Positions 12,640 to 25,255 of a DNA stretch of 64,000 nt are shown here, piece after piece. The DNA is taken from the NCBI GenBank assembly GCA_973895155.1, contig OZ316897.1:1080515-1144514 (forward strand), written 5' to 3'. A model generated the notes under the pieces. That model saw only the letters and a program-made list of their open reading frames with translations, had not been told where the DNA came from and ran no database searches. Position 1 is the stretch's first letter. The number at the start of each line of letters is the position of its first letter. This DNA is from Marsupella aquatica (Eukaryota > Plantae > Marchantiophyta). The translations under genes and the position numbers were made by a program.

Positions 12640-15600
12640 TTTGTCCCTAATTTTGTTCGTTTGTGTCCACTTCTCAACGGTCGATCTTTTGGCTTTTGAA
12701 CCAATATATCCCTTGTATCATGGTGAGTCACTTGATTGTTTGAACCACGTTACAGACTGGTCATCTGCTTCCAAAATTAAAGGTGCTGGTTCTGCTATAA
12801 ATGTTACTCAATTTGAAAGGCTTTCGTGCCTTCACAAAAGAAAGGGTGCTCCTTACCCCGTCTCCTTTCTTCCGGGTGGCACGGACCTGTCCACCAGATC
12901 TTTGGTACCTTGAGGCTTGGTAGAGTCTTCTTCTGGTGTAATTTACCTTTTCGAATGAGCTAGGTACGTAGCCGCCAGAACTCGCGCTATGAGTACAATC
13001 CGGCTCGATCTCTGACTTGAGAGAGTTTCAAACTTCGATCATGATATACATGTGGCTGACGTAGTAGGCTGCCACCGTAGTATCCCTTACATTGCATTGG
13101 AATGAAAGCGCATAATTTGAGACTAAAGTTTTCTATATCCCTTGGGTAGCATCCTTTCCTACCTACGTTCTGCACCCTATCATCAGCAAAGTTGTTGAAT
13201 TGTTTTGGATTTTAAATCAAAGATATGGGTAAAGGTCTGGTCCCTGTGAATGCACACTGAGGTCACACACAACAGGAACGAATGGGCAACCTTAGCTAGG
13301 TCAACACAATAATGCACAACGACACAATCATGCATACATTCCGTGTCCGTATCTCATGGACTCTTTCAGAATTGCACGTTTCCTCCGCAGACGTTGTAAC
13401 AAGTTGGATAAATACCAATCAAAACTTTGAGAGCTTTTTATTCTGTGTCATGAAATTATAACCTAGGTTGTCAACTACAAGATCGTCTCACAACTGGGAA
13501 ACACTAACGATATCGTAGAGGACTGATTAGTTGACCAGTGCCTATTAGTTTAGGGATCAGGATCCAAGATCAGGATGTGAACATGAATGTAGAGCTCGAT
13601 CACTCGTATTTTCACTTGTTCATGAAAAATCAACTATACTGCAAAATTCTCAATAGTGTCTTGAGTAGAGAGAAAGGAAATGTACCTTGGTCGGAGGAAG
13701 TAGTGGTACTCAGGATGTACAGTACTATAGAAATCCTAACTGTAATGTTCCCAATCGGACTCTCGACCCTCAACTTTGGATATGAGATTTTGCATTAGAG
13801 TCATAGTCAAACTTGATTGCTGATTGAACACTTTAAGGGCCATAGTAGCCACTACAGAACTGCAATGACTGTATGAGTACGTTGCATTGAATGGATGGAG
13901 GCGGGGATGGAGGAAAATTTAGATTGGCTCTGACTAATATCGAGAAAGATCTGCAGTCATATGAAGCACGTTTGCCAGTATTTTCAATGATTAAATGCAG
14001 AGCACAAGCTGGATAATCAAACGTGAGCACGTTGTATTCAAAGCTTCAAGTCACTTAGCAATTCGCTCGTGATATTGTTTGATTTGTGGGATCTCCAAAG
14101 TCTTGCCAAATATATTTACTCTGTATTATATTCGCACTTGGATATATGATCACCATTACTTTCGTAATTTGCTAACTTTTGATCGTCAGCGATGGTTGAG
14201 AAAAACAATGGATACATGCACATCGTGGCAACGAGAGCTCCCCAGTCATGCACTCGCAATCCTGTTCTCTGGTTCTTTCGTACGGGAAGGGATGGTAGCT
14301 GTGCACAGCTGACTGAAATCAATCATTTTTAATCAGAATCTTACCAGTCTAAACCCCCAGCCCAATTTTGAACAGCCCCTTCGAGAGAATTGAGGAGCTG
14401 GTGATCTTGTTGCAATAAGCAAACTTACTGGAGTCTTAAGTTACTTATCTCTACAGACGGATGCCTTTCCAGACTTTCGTATTACGATCGCTACTGTAGT
14501 TCCACTCACGTTTAAAATGCATCCTGACAGGGCCCGCTGGACGATAAACGGAGCTATTTGGAGGTACCCTCAACCATGTCCACGAACGCATGAAGTTTCA
14601 ATGAGGCCGCCACTACGTACGTAATAGCTGGAGCTCGATCATCACATTTGGGAAGCTGAAGCCTTTCTTGATTTGGCCAAAAGAAGGGATTCATATTGAC
14701 ACTGCCAGTGGCTGGAATAATGCAAATTAATCCAATTTGAAGACAGTTTCGAGGTTCGTAGTATCAATTTCAAAGGTCTGAAAACCCTGTTGTTGATCCT
14801 GGCTGAGATTTAGACCACATCAGGGACGAAGGAACCCGTACCTCCGCAGTCCCCGGACCGCAGATTTTGTATTGTTGAAGAGATTTTGCTACGACAAATT
14901 CTTGCAATATATGAAGCATCCTATGTTGAACTTCATTATTCATCACGGTAATTTATCAATATTGTTTTGCCCGGTCCCTTTCTATCGCAGGAAATGAATT
15001 GGGAAGTGATCCCAAGATTCGTTTGCATGGCTTCCCCTTCGAAAATGAACGGATAGTACCCAGACATTATGTGAACCGTGGTGAATAGTTTCCATTTTCA
15101 GCAGAAAGCAAGCGAGAAAGCAAGCTAGGAAATTAGCGTCAATCCAATGTCACTTCAAACTAGGCTGGTCAGCAAACACAAGGGAAACTCTAGGGAACAA
15201 TCACAAAATGACAAGTTAAAGATAACGAAGTTCTCCGCAGCTGTAGTGGTTCACAAATTATAGATAAGGAAGTTCTCCGCAGCTGCAGTGGTTCACTAGC
15301 CCCGGTAGGAGATCTCAACAGTCATGTTACGAGCCCGCCTTTCCCAGCGATGAGCGCTGGCATCGAGCGATACAATTGATTTATGAATTACGCCAACCAA
15401 CAGCTCTACACATACAAAGTGAGAACGAACGAAGGCATGAATTTGAAGTACGTACAAGGGAACCATGGGCTCGTTCAAGGCACCTGTGTTCAATGAACAG
15501 TATCTGCGCAACACAGAATTTGGCCCGAAATTTGGGCACAACACAGAATGAAGGTAAGACTTTCTGGAGGCTAAGTGGAAACTTGATTTTCTCTTCTCGT

Positions 15601-16170
15601 TTGCATTCCCAGAATCAACTGCCCAACTGATTTCTTGACTGGGATTGTAGCAGAAACCTTAATTCCCAACGCTACAGAAATAATCACTTCATTCCAAAGA
15701 CAGGATGTTGGGAACTAATCAGAGATGGCACCACTATTCTCCACCACTTCCCCTTCATTCGGTCTTCAGTGTATCCGTTGGGACTTGGTCTCCTCGTTTT
15801 TCTTGGTGACCTTCGTTCCCTTCGGTCATTTGGCAGTGGTATACGTAGTACTCCAAGGAGCGATATGGCTTGTGAATTCTCTCTAATAAAGGGTGGATTT
15901 CGTGACAAAAAGACGGATTCACGTCAATGCCGGTGGGCGCTCACTTTCTGTGACTCCTTCAGATTCTCCCCATGTATCAGACGAACAACCCCCATGATCC
16001 GGTCCAGTGCAGTGCTTGGAGACGATTTCGTGATTCATCTTCCCTGGTCACAGCACAGGCTACGAAGGCCAGGGGGGCTGTCCGTTCAACGTATCTGGTC
16101 ACCTTGCTGGGTTACATTCATTGTACTCAGCCCTGCTAAAGGGAGACGTTGCTGTACCTGTACATGATTA
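12640..16170 (-). mobile_element. Highly decayed Ty3/gypsy LTR retrotransposon internal region
   Basis: Minus-strand remnants in gypsy order: basic gag-like tract (~15700-15900), H..DLLPG pre-RT motif (~15310), integrase WEHYS*DF resembling WEDISMDF (~13740), and LPKGYRKL* from the integrase C-terminus (~13135). Many stops and indels; no paired LTRs identified. Confidence 0.5.
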
Positions 16171-16366
16171 ATTTAAACCTCTGGTCGAGTCAAAGAGAGC
16201 CCAGTTCCACGGAACAAGAGGCCCATGAGAAGGGGCCCTCGGTTCTCCCCCTATGAGGGTAAGGAACGACTATGGGACCTCAGGCCCCAGTAGGGGGTTC
16301 CATAGCCGCTCGGGCTCCTGCTTCCTATCTCCTGCTTGCTAAAGGCCATATGATTATGTGAATCTA

Positions 16367-16618
16367 ACTAATAAAGGGCAATCAAAAGCTACTCCATGAG
16401 CCTATGTCTAGAATGGCACCGGTACATGAATCTATGTAATCAAGGGGAATCAAAAGCTACTCAGTGAGCCTAGTGTCTAAAGGAACTTTTAGACCTTGAC
16501 TCTAATTGGGTGCATAATTGAAAGTGAGGTGCAGAGCTACTCCATGAGCCTAATGTGTAGAGCAAAACTTTTAGACCTTGACTCTAACTGAGTGCATAAT
16601 TGAAAGGGAGGTGCAGAG
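16367..16618. repeat. Nested short tandem duplications
   Basis: AATCAAAAGCTACTC..TGAGCCTA occurs 2-3 times and AACTTTTAGACCTTGACTCTAA.TG.GTGCATAATTGAAAG.GAGGTGCAGAG occurs twice. Confidence 0.8.
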
Positions 16619-19044
16619 AAAAAAGATGGGGGCTAAGATGAACAAGAAATAGCATGGAATTATTATTTTTGCAAGGTTTTTTTTTTTACTTGTTTCTATG
16701 AAGGGGTCATCAGACTACAGTAGTACTCTTCTAGAATGAAGAACCATAAAAACTGTTTGAGTGACCCTCTTATGCAATTCACTCCCTAGGTTTGCTGATT
16801 TTTAGTGCTTATCCTGCGTAGTGTACTCCTTAGTTTTACTAACCTTTAGTGTGCTGAGTAGGGCTTTTGTTCCTTTACCACTGAGTGTGATTCTAGGGCT
16901 TTTTGGCTCCTCAGTCTTCTTGAGCTTTTCCAATGTTTTAGTCTTCTTGGGCTTTTCCAATGTCTTTTCTCCTCTATCGGGTGTCCTCATCTTGTCTCTC
17001 AGTCTGGGACTTTTTGTTGTTTGGCAATGTGATATTATATTCATAGTTTTTGTTGTATTTTGCAGCGACTTAGCATATCTGTGTGCGAAAACTTCTCGTC
17101 TAAAATGAAACTTATGGGGGGGTTTATTTTAAGAGTTAAAAACACACACGGACATTTTTCAGTAGGTCTTTTTCACCTCCTCTTAGAAATTATAAGTCCC
17201 GTATCAGAGTTGTCTGGATATAATTCTTTGTTGCACACAATTTTGATTAGCAACCTTTGACTAGGATCCTTTTCAGTTTAGAGTTGTATTGTTTTACTCT
17301 AACACACAGAGATCCAGGAATCACATCTACATTTAAAAAGCTTAGATGGAGATCCATCCAATTCTCGCCTGAGGAAAGTATTCATCATATAATAGTCATT
17401 CACTAACATTGATCAGATGTGAATTGATCAGATGTGAATCTTCTCCCTATTGGAGAGACCAGGTTGCCCGAATCTTCTTCCCCAGAATCCGCTGGTGAAT
17501 CTTTGTGCCATGAGGGCCATCTTCTGCCCTTTCCTCGATCCCCTCTATCCTGTCCTTTCCTCGATCCCCTCCCTCTGCCCTGCCATCGCCTTTTGCCAAT
17601 TCATCAAATTGTCATCGTCTTATATTCATCGGTCTACCCTTCATTGAACTGTAATTTAATTTCCGTCAATGTCCACTGCCTTCTGTGCTATAGATCTTAT
17701 ACTTACGCACGCATTCTTCCTTTCTCTTTCAAATTCCAACCCTGTATGCACCCGACCTTCTCCTTGCCCTCTTTAATTCCTCCTGCTAGTCCCAAACCGA
17801 ATCAGCAATGTGACAGTTCTTCTCCAGTGCTCGATCGTCAGTCCCAAACCGTTCAATTCATCAACATGACAGTTCTAAGTTTCACTGCTCATTAGTCAGC
17901 GAGCGCGTTCGTCTGGTTATGTTCGTTCGGAAGTGATCAAATGGCAATTGAAATGTGTGGCAAGTGTGTGGATCCACCGGACTTACACGAGCTCTCGACG
18001 ACTGCACTCGGCGCATAGCATCATCTATGCTTGACATCATATATGTTCCCAGCTTAGTGACAGGAGGACGAATGATTACTCGAGTTTAGTCGATCCATCG
18101 GCAGTCCCATCTGGTTAAAAACATTTGTAAGTAATCCAGCGATGCTGCAAGTCGCCTGGGTTCAGCAGCACTTGCACGGTCCTCATTCCCGAGGTTATTA
18201 GTGTGAAGCGCCACCTACCCGGCTCCATTCGAGGTATTTTTCTGGCTCAAAAGTTTTCTCTACTCGTCTTTTCTGCCCTTCCGTAGACTTGACGTAGGAA
18301 GATTTATACTTGACGCAGGAAGATCAAGTTCCGGACCGTCCAGATGGTGTAAAGTAGTCTTGTGTAAAGTAGTCTTCCTTTCCGTAGGCACTGAAACTAT
18401 GTGGGCCATACACAAAGGCGGGCGACGCGGAGGCGATGTCCTATAGGTCCCTTGGTATATTTAACGCTCGTGGCGCAGATGTAAGTGGTCAATTGATTAA
18501 AGAGTCAATTCTCCGCGGATTGACTGCCAAATTCTAGTTCTCCTTCTTGCATGGTACTACACAATTACAGGTCAATATACCGCGTATGGGGGTACGAGAG
18601 GTAGAGGAATTTTGATGAGAATCGTGTGCTAGATTTCTCAAATTGTTTAGTTGAGGTCCAGAGGAATGAAGGAATGACCACTAGGAGGAAGAGGAAGTCG
18701 GCCTCGTTTTGTAAGATTTGACTCCAGGCCAGGGCCAGGATACAAGCTATAAACACAATTTCTGTTCAAACATTAGAGACTCCTTTCTCGATCAACTACA
18801 CATTTCCCGTCCGGTGTCATCGATCTTCAGTACGTTTGAATCTTCGATGATACGGCTCGTTTCTTAATAGATTTTGGACTGCAGTCTTTTGGTGGATTTC
18901 TAGGAATTTCAGGTCTCTCGGTCGACCAAAACCGCCTTGTTTGGTTTGTGCCTCTTCTAGTCCTGCTGGCCCTTTTGGTTCTGATTGTGGACTCAATCAT
19001 ATTTTGAGTGTACTTTGTATTGCAGCCGACAGAATTGTAACACG

Positions 19045-22000
19045 ATGAAATTCTGGGAGTTTCGAGAATTCGTGAGAAAAAAAAACCACCTCATCAATTC
19101 GGTTGGTGCCTGCTAAAATTTGGTTCTGATGATGGAATTCTAAACGTTATTTTATGCCCACGCAGTCCTCACGTTCTTTAGTGTTGGTGAGCCTTCTACG
19201 GGAGAGGTGACCGATTTGTCTGGGGTTCAAGATTAATTAGGAAATTATGGAGAGACATCCCAAGAATGGCACGAGGCGAATCAACAATCCATTTCCAACA
19301 CAACCGCCGGGGTTGGAATTTGTGAGTGGGGATCTGTTGTTCAATGCCACAGAGCTAGCGAGCCAATCGTACATAGCCGGGCAAGGATTTGAGGTTCGCT
19401 GGCAGGCGGAAGACGGAGGCGGCTTGCAGATTCACCATCAGAGCGAACCAGATCGAGTTTTATGGGGAACTGTTCCTGGACGATCATTCGTTTCCGCTGC
19501 AGTAGGACGAGATTCTTTCGAAGAGAGTCGAGGCTCCTTCGCCATTCATGACCGGGTGGACATTGTCTGCAGCCACCAGAGCGTCCAACAAATCACATTG
19601 GCATGGCCCTCCGAGACCGCCGTCATGCATCCGGAAATCATGATGGGCGACCAGCCATCACATCCTCTCGTAAAATTAGGCCGAGAAGGAAAACTGGAGG
19701 CAATTAAATTCGCAGAAACTGGATCCAAATCGCAAATGGATGCAGACGGGACTCCAATTGGCAACAGAGGTCCCTCAGTTATAGTCTCAGGGTGTTTGTA
19801 CGCAGATCCCACACTAGCCAGACACAGAACGTTTCCTACCTTCTCGTCTCCCACTACATTTGGCCATACAACTCTGGCAAACGCAGATAATCGACAAGGG
19901 AGGCTGGAAACACTCGTCGGCAAGGATTCCCGATTAGCAGTAGAGGTGCCATACTGGCTCGTGTTTTACGAAGAACGTGAGGAACAGCTCGGATTCTCTG
20001 TAAGGTTGGGGCGATCGAGAACTGTTGCACTTCAAGAGCCGTCCAGAAAAACCATGTTTCAGCCCAGCACGAGAATGACAGCTACAAAAGAAGACCATTC
20101 GATCGATCGAAGACATTGGCTGTGGTCGGAGATACCGGTATCTGCATTTTCTCCTCTGCCGAAGGAAGCAGCTGGAGAGGCTACTACACCGTTCAGACGG
20201 AGGAACAATTCACTGGAAGAATTTGGAACGATTGGTGATCTCTCCGAAAAGAGTTTGACGTCAACGAGATCACCAGCTCCTCCCTTTTTTCTCTCGGGAC
20301 TGAAGTTCAACACGCTCTTCGAGTTTGTGCATCTCCTGCAAGATGTTGTCGACGAGGACCCGCATTTCCAACAACCTGCATTCAACAGGGTGCAACTGAC
20401 TTATTCCACCAGTAAAGACGAGAATTTCTTCGGCTTTGGTGAGCAGTTCTCCCATTTCAACATGAAGGGCAGGAAAGTCCCCATTTTTGTTCAGGAGCAA
20501 GGTGTTGGGAGGGGTGACCAACCTGTCACAGCGCTCGCCAACTTGGTGTCCAACAGGTATATAATTCCAACTCAAATCAAAGTATGGCATACGCCATTCG
20601 TGAGCATTTATCTCTGAACGAGAGGCAGAATAAGCTGATTTTGAATGATCATCTCACGTAGATCATAGGTCCAAGTAACATTTTCGGTTCGTCCGGCCAG
20701 AAATGTAAAGTCCGCGCCGAAATCAATGGTCCTGTTCTTGTCGGTTAAATTGAGAAGAATGAGCTCAGAAAAGTCCTGCAATATTCAATGAATGAAAATT
20801 GATCGAAGATTTGATGTTCAGTGAGCCGTGTGTGAAACCTCTCTAACTTACGGAAAGTAGCTTTAGTGGTCACTTCACGGCGTCATCATGATCGTTTCTT
20901 TGAATGATTGCAGGTCGGGAGGGGATTGGCACACTACATACGCACCTGCCCCGTACTACATGACGTCCGCTATGCGATCGCTGTACCTGGAAGGTTACGA
21001 GTTTGCCGAATTCGACTTGCGGCATAATGATGCTGTCCAATTACAGGTGAGGTGGTACAAGCTATTAACGTAACAATTCGTACAAGAAGCGATTCGTCCG
21101 ATTGTCCGAGTTGTCCGCAATATGGATTTCATATTGGGGGAGGAAGTGAAGAGACGAATGAGTACCGAAAAGCGTGGCGTCATCAATTCAGTTAGATAGT
21201 TTCGAGATTGCAAAATGTTAGTAATCGGTTGATCTGGAGTGGTGTTGGGTTGGAGTATTGGGTTCATTGGAAATTGATGGAGGGGTGGTTGATCCCATGA
21301 AGGTCCATGCGGGATCCGTGAGTGGACGAATTCTTCACGGGAGAACTCCAGCAGAGATTATCCAGCAATATACTGCAGCCACTGGTCGAATGCGTGAGCT
21401 TCCCTCATGGATGTTGAAGGGGGCTATTGTTGGAATGCAAGGAGGATTGTACAAGGTTCAAAAAGTTTGGCAACAGCTTCAAGACCTCGAAGTTCCTCTA
21501 GCTGCATTCTGGCTGCAGGTTAGCGACCCCGAGAAGCTGACTTGGAACAAATGCAAAAGGTTATATGCATGGTCTTGTGGACATGGACTGTTGCTTTACT
21601 CAATGGCCTCTCGTGCCTCATTTGCAGATCCACTGCTTTAGCTCGTTCCAGTTTTCGAGAGGCCGTATCAAATTCGTAGATTTCTGTAAAAAATGTTCAA
21701 ATACCATACGTGATTAGATTTCACGATGATACATCCATTTTTATAACTTGATCACGAGCTGAAGGTGAGTATTCTTCCTGGAAAAGGACGGTGGTTCCCT
21801 ACGCTAACTCGTAATTTCTGTATAGAAACCTTCTCAGTCCTTGAGAATTTTGGTAATGATCACAGGTGTTTTCAATTATCTTTTTTCTGAGTGCCTAACC
21901 TGTACTTGATTTCTTCGTATCCCGTGCGGACGTTGGACAGGATTGGGTTGGGCAGAGAAAGACCAGTGTTGGATGGCAATTATGGTGGAACTGGGAAGTG

Positions 22001-24448
22001 GACAGGGATCACTATCCTGGCTGGGAGCAGCTCGTGCAAGGATTTCGTCGACACGGTATCCGAACCATGACCTACTTCAACCCTCTTCTAGCTCCGGTTC
22101 GTCTTGTCCTCTACATTTAGTGGTGTGAGACAGACTCACAGCATAGGGAAACGGAACGGAACTCGAAAGTGTTTATTACTGAGTCGCACAAAAATTATTT
22201 TTTGGCTAAGGAATTCATGCTCAAAGCTAAGCTTTCACATAGAATTAAGTGGTTGTAGATGAGCTTTCCAGAAAGTATGGCCTGACGGTATGGTTGCGTC
22301 AGTTCAGAATTTGGAAAGGTTTGAACTAGCCGTTTGGTCACATCAAGAGGCCTGACTTCGAATCTTCGTTCAGTTTTACGAGGGAAGCATATTACGGTGC
22401 ACACCTTTTGACGGGAGATTGGGAATGGAATTTTCATGTGCAGAGTCATGAAAAGTTGAACAGGCGAAGGGATCTATTTCAGGAAGCTCAGGATCAGGGT
22501 TTTCTAGTGGGAAGCAAGCTTGGATCCCCATATATGATTCCCAACACGAGCTTCGATGCGGGGATGATTGATTTGACGAATCCTGGTGCTCGAACTTGGC
22601 TGAAAGGCATATTCAACGACATGGTCCAAACGGGCGTCCGAGGCTGGATGGCTGATTTTGGAGAGGCTTTGCCATTGGATTCTTCTCTTTCTTCAGGTTT
22701 GAACCTCTTAACTATGTTTCTAGGAGCTACCTTCAATAGATTATTGTTTTCTCGTCTCTCGTAGGATTTATGCTTGATTGATACTGAAGTGAAAGCCTCA
22801 GAGTTTGCAAAGATTCCAATGGCAAAGCCTCTAAAGAATCTGCCATTCCTGGGTACCTGCTTGAGAAGAAACTCGAAAATTGTGTAAGTGACTGAGGTCT
22901 GACCACTCAATCACTTGTTCGCTGAAGTCAAATTGTTCCTGCAGACCACTCTTGGCAACCTGGTTCTGTTTGATTTGTCTGATTGCGTTCACGGACGTCA
23001 ACTTTCAGACGTTCGTTGTTTCAACTTTCATGAAATAAAGCGAGAATGGATTTGATTGCAGGAGAAAGCCCGAGGACGATGCACAATCGATACCCCGAGA
23101 TGTGGGCCGAGCTGAACCGTGAGTTTGCGGAAGAATGGGAGGCTAAGCAGAAGGAGGGCAAGGAGAGAAAATCGTCAGAGGGCAGAGGTATGTTGATCGA
23201 GGACGAGGACGAGGAAAGGGAAGATGAGGACGATGAGAAGCTTGTGTTTTTCACACGAGCCGGCTACAGGTCAAGCGCTCGCTGGAGCACCCTGTTTTGG
23301 GAGGGAGATCAGATGGTGAGCTGGCAACGCAACGATGGGATTAAGAGTGCCGTGACAGGACTTTTGACAGGGGGATTGTCTGGATTTTCGCTGAATCACA
23401 GCGACATCGGTGGCTATTGCACGGTCGACCTTCCGCTCCTGCGGTACCGTAGAAGCGAGGAGCTACTCTTGCGATGGATGGAGCTGAACGCCTTTTCAAC
23501 CATTTTCCGAACACACGAGGTTGGTGAATGGAGTTCAGACGACGGGGTGGAATTTGTACTGATTAGAGTTGAATAGATGAAACCCATACCAAACAGTCAA
23601 CTAAACCCAACACGTTTTTTCCGACCTGCAGGGTAATGTACCGGAAGCAAACAGTCAATTCTACTCTAACGAGCGAACTCTCTATCATTTCTCGCGTTTT
23701 GCTAAAGTTTACAAAGCTTGGGAATTCTATCGGCGAGCCCTCGTAAAGGTAAGACCGCTTTCTCTATCCCGGAGCCATCTGGGCTCTCTACTGCACCAAT
23801 CTCAAGTCTTCCTTCAAATGCTCAGCTTGCATACAATTTCTTCTTGAACAATTATATCCTTTCTCACATTTTCAGAACTGGCATTGTAGAAATCTGCTTG
23901 AGAATGACATGCAGTTGCATTAGATATGTCCAACTTTCAAGGAAATTTATTGTCAGTCCTACAGCTTTTGAAGCTCAGTGTCAGATGGACTTATCTAACA
24001 GGGTAGCCACTCTCGATTGAAAGGGTCTTGAGGTTGTAGATCAAGTGTTGTCAATGTGGAGCTAGCGCGTTAAAGGGTGATCGGTTTCTTCCAGGAGGCA
24101 GCAGAAACCGGATTACCGGTCGTAAGGCATCTGTTTCTCCACTACCCACACGACATCCGCGTCCAGAGCTTCACATACCAACAGTTTCTCGTAGGTACTG
24201 AGATTCTTGTCGTTCCAGTTCTCGACAAAGGGTGTAGCCGAGTGCAGGCGTACTTTCCAGCCGGAGAGGTTTTGGAGGAATGGGAGCATTTATGGACAGG
24301 GCAAGTTTACGCTTCTTCTCCACAGCAAGGCTTGACGGCATGGATCGACGCTCCACTGGGAGAGCCTGCAGTGTTCACTAGAAGGGGCTCCTCCATAGGC
24401 AACAGATTCAGAAAAAATCTTGTCACTGAAGAAATTCTACCGGCCTGA
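19045..24448 (+). CDS. Glycoside hydrolase family 31, YihQ/sulfoquinovosidase-like alpha-glucosidase
   Basis: Exons: 19045-19071 (tentative; alternative ATG at 19247), 19241-20556, 20914-21046, 21303-21518, 21941-22096, 22444-22696, 23062-23519, 23632-23748, 24095-24448. Motifs: FFGFGEQFS, EQGVGRG, IVGMQGG, WLQDWVGQR, WMADFGE (nucleophile), FWEGDQ (acid/base), HSDIGGY, FRTHEGN, GLPVVRHLFLHYP. Confidence 0.93.
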
Positions 24449-25255
24449 TTGACTGAATCTTCCGTTACAACTCCATTGCATTCTGTATCCATAGGGTTTC
24501 TGATCTTTGGAGGCTCAATTCAACCACAATGTAAATAATTTTTTAATGGATCCATATCAACACAAGCGAAGTAGAGTCTAATTTCAAGTGATGATATCGA
24601 TTTTTCCTGGCCCGCTCTGGTCAGGGCTCCAATTGTAGTGAGTTTGATTGATCCAGTTTGACAGGAGATTTAGCAAATTATGAAGAAGTTCAATGGAGGC
24701 TTAGGACAATTGAAGTTATTCACAGACCAATTTGTCTGTTCAGAGCAGACTTGTTTTGGAACATCAAGTTGAGTGTAAGTAAAAGCCCGCATTGGCTCCA
24801 TTTTGCTGCCGTAGTGGCTAGACGAACTGGAATGATAGACGGCTGGTGTCAAGAGATAGCAATGAGTCCATAACGCTTGCTTGAGCATTCTTCTGTCGCA
24901 ACCTCTTGACATGCCAAACAAGCTTTTAAAACATACTGTTTTACCCTCCCTTATGATCGAAGGGTCATCAATACTATCTAGTCTGTTAAGTGTTAAGAGG
25001 CAGTTTGACACTCCCTACTGGTGCTCTACTTTGGGAAGAAGTGTATGTAAGCTAGAACAGGCAGGAAGCAGATGTCCCGTACAGCTCTAGACTTTTAAAT
25101 TTTGAAACTAGGCTCCCATTCCTCCAAAACGAGAACGCATAGGCGGCATAAGCTGGCTATATCGTTGGAAACGTAACTTGGAAGTCCTTACCAAAAATTG
25201 TACAGGCAGCCTTAGCGCCTCCTCCAATACTAGGTACATGGCAATTAAGCATACC

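Noticed and set aside
18286-18325. Two TGACG motifs upstream of the GH31 gene (as-1-like)
   Set aside because: Spacing is 21 bp rather than the 12 bp of as-1; a local tandem duplication explains it.
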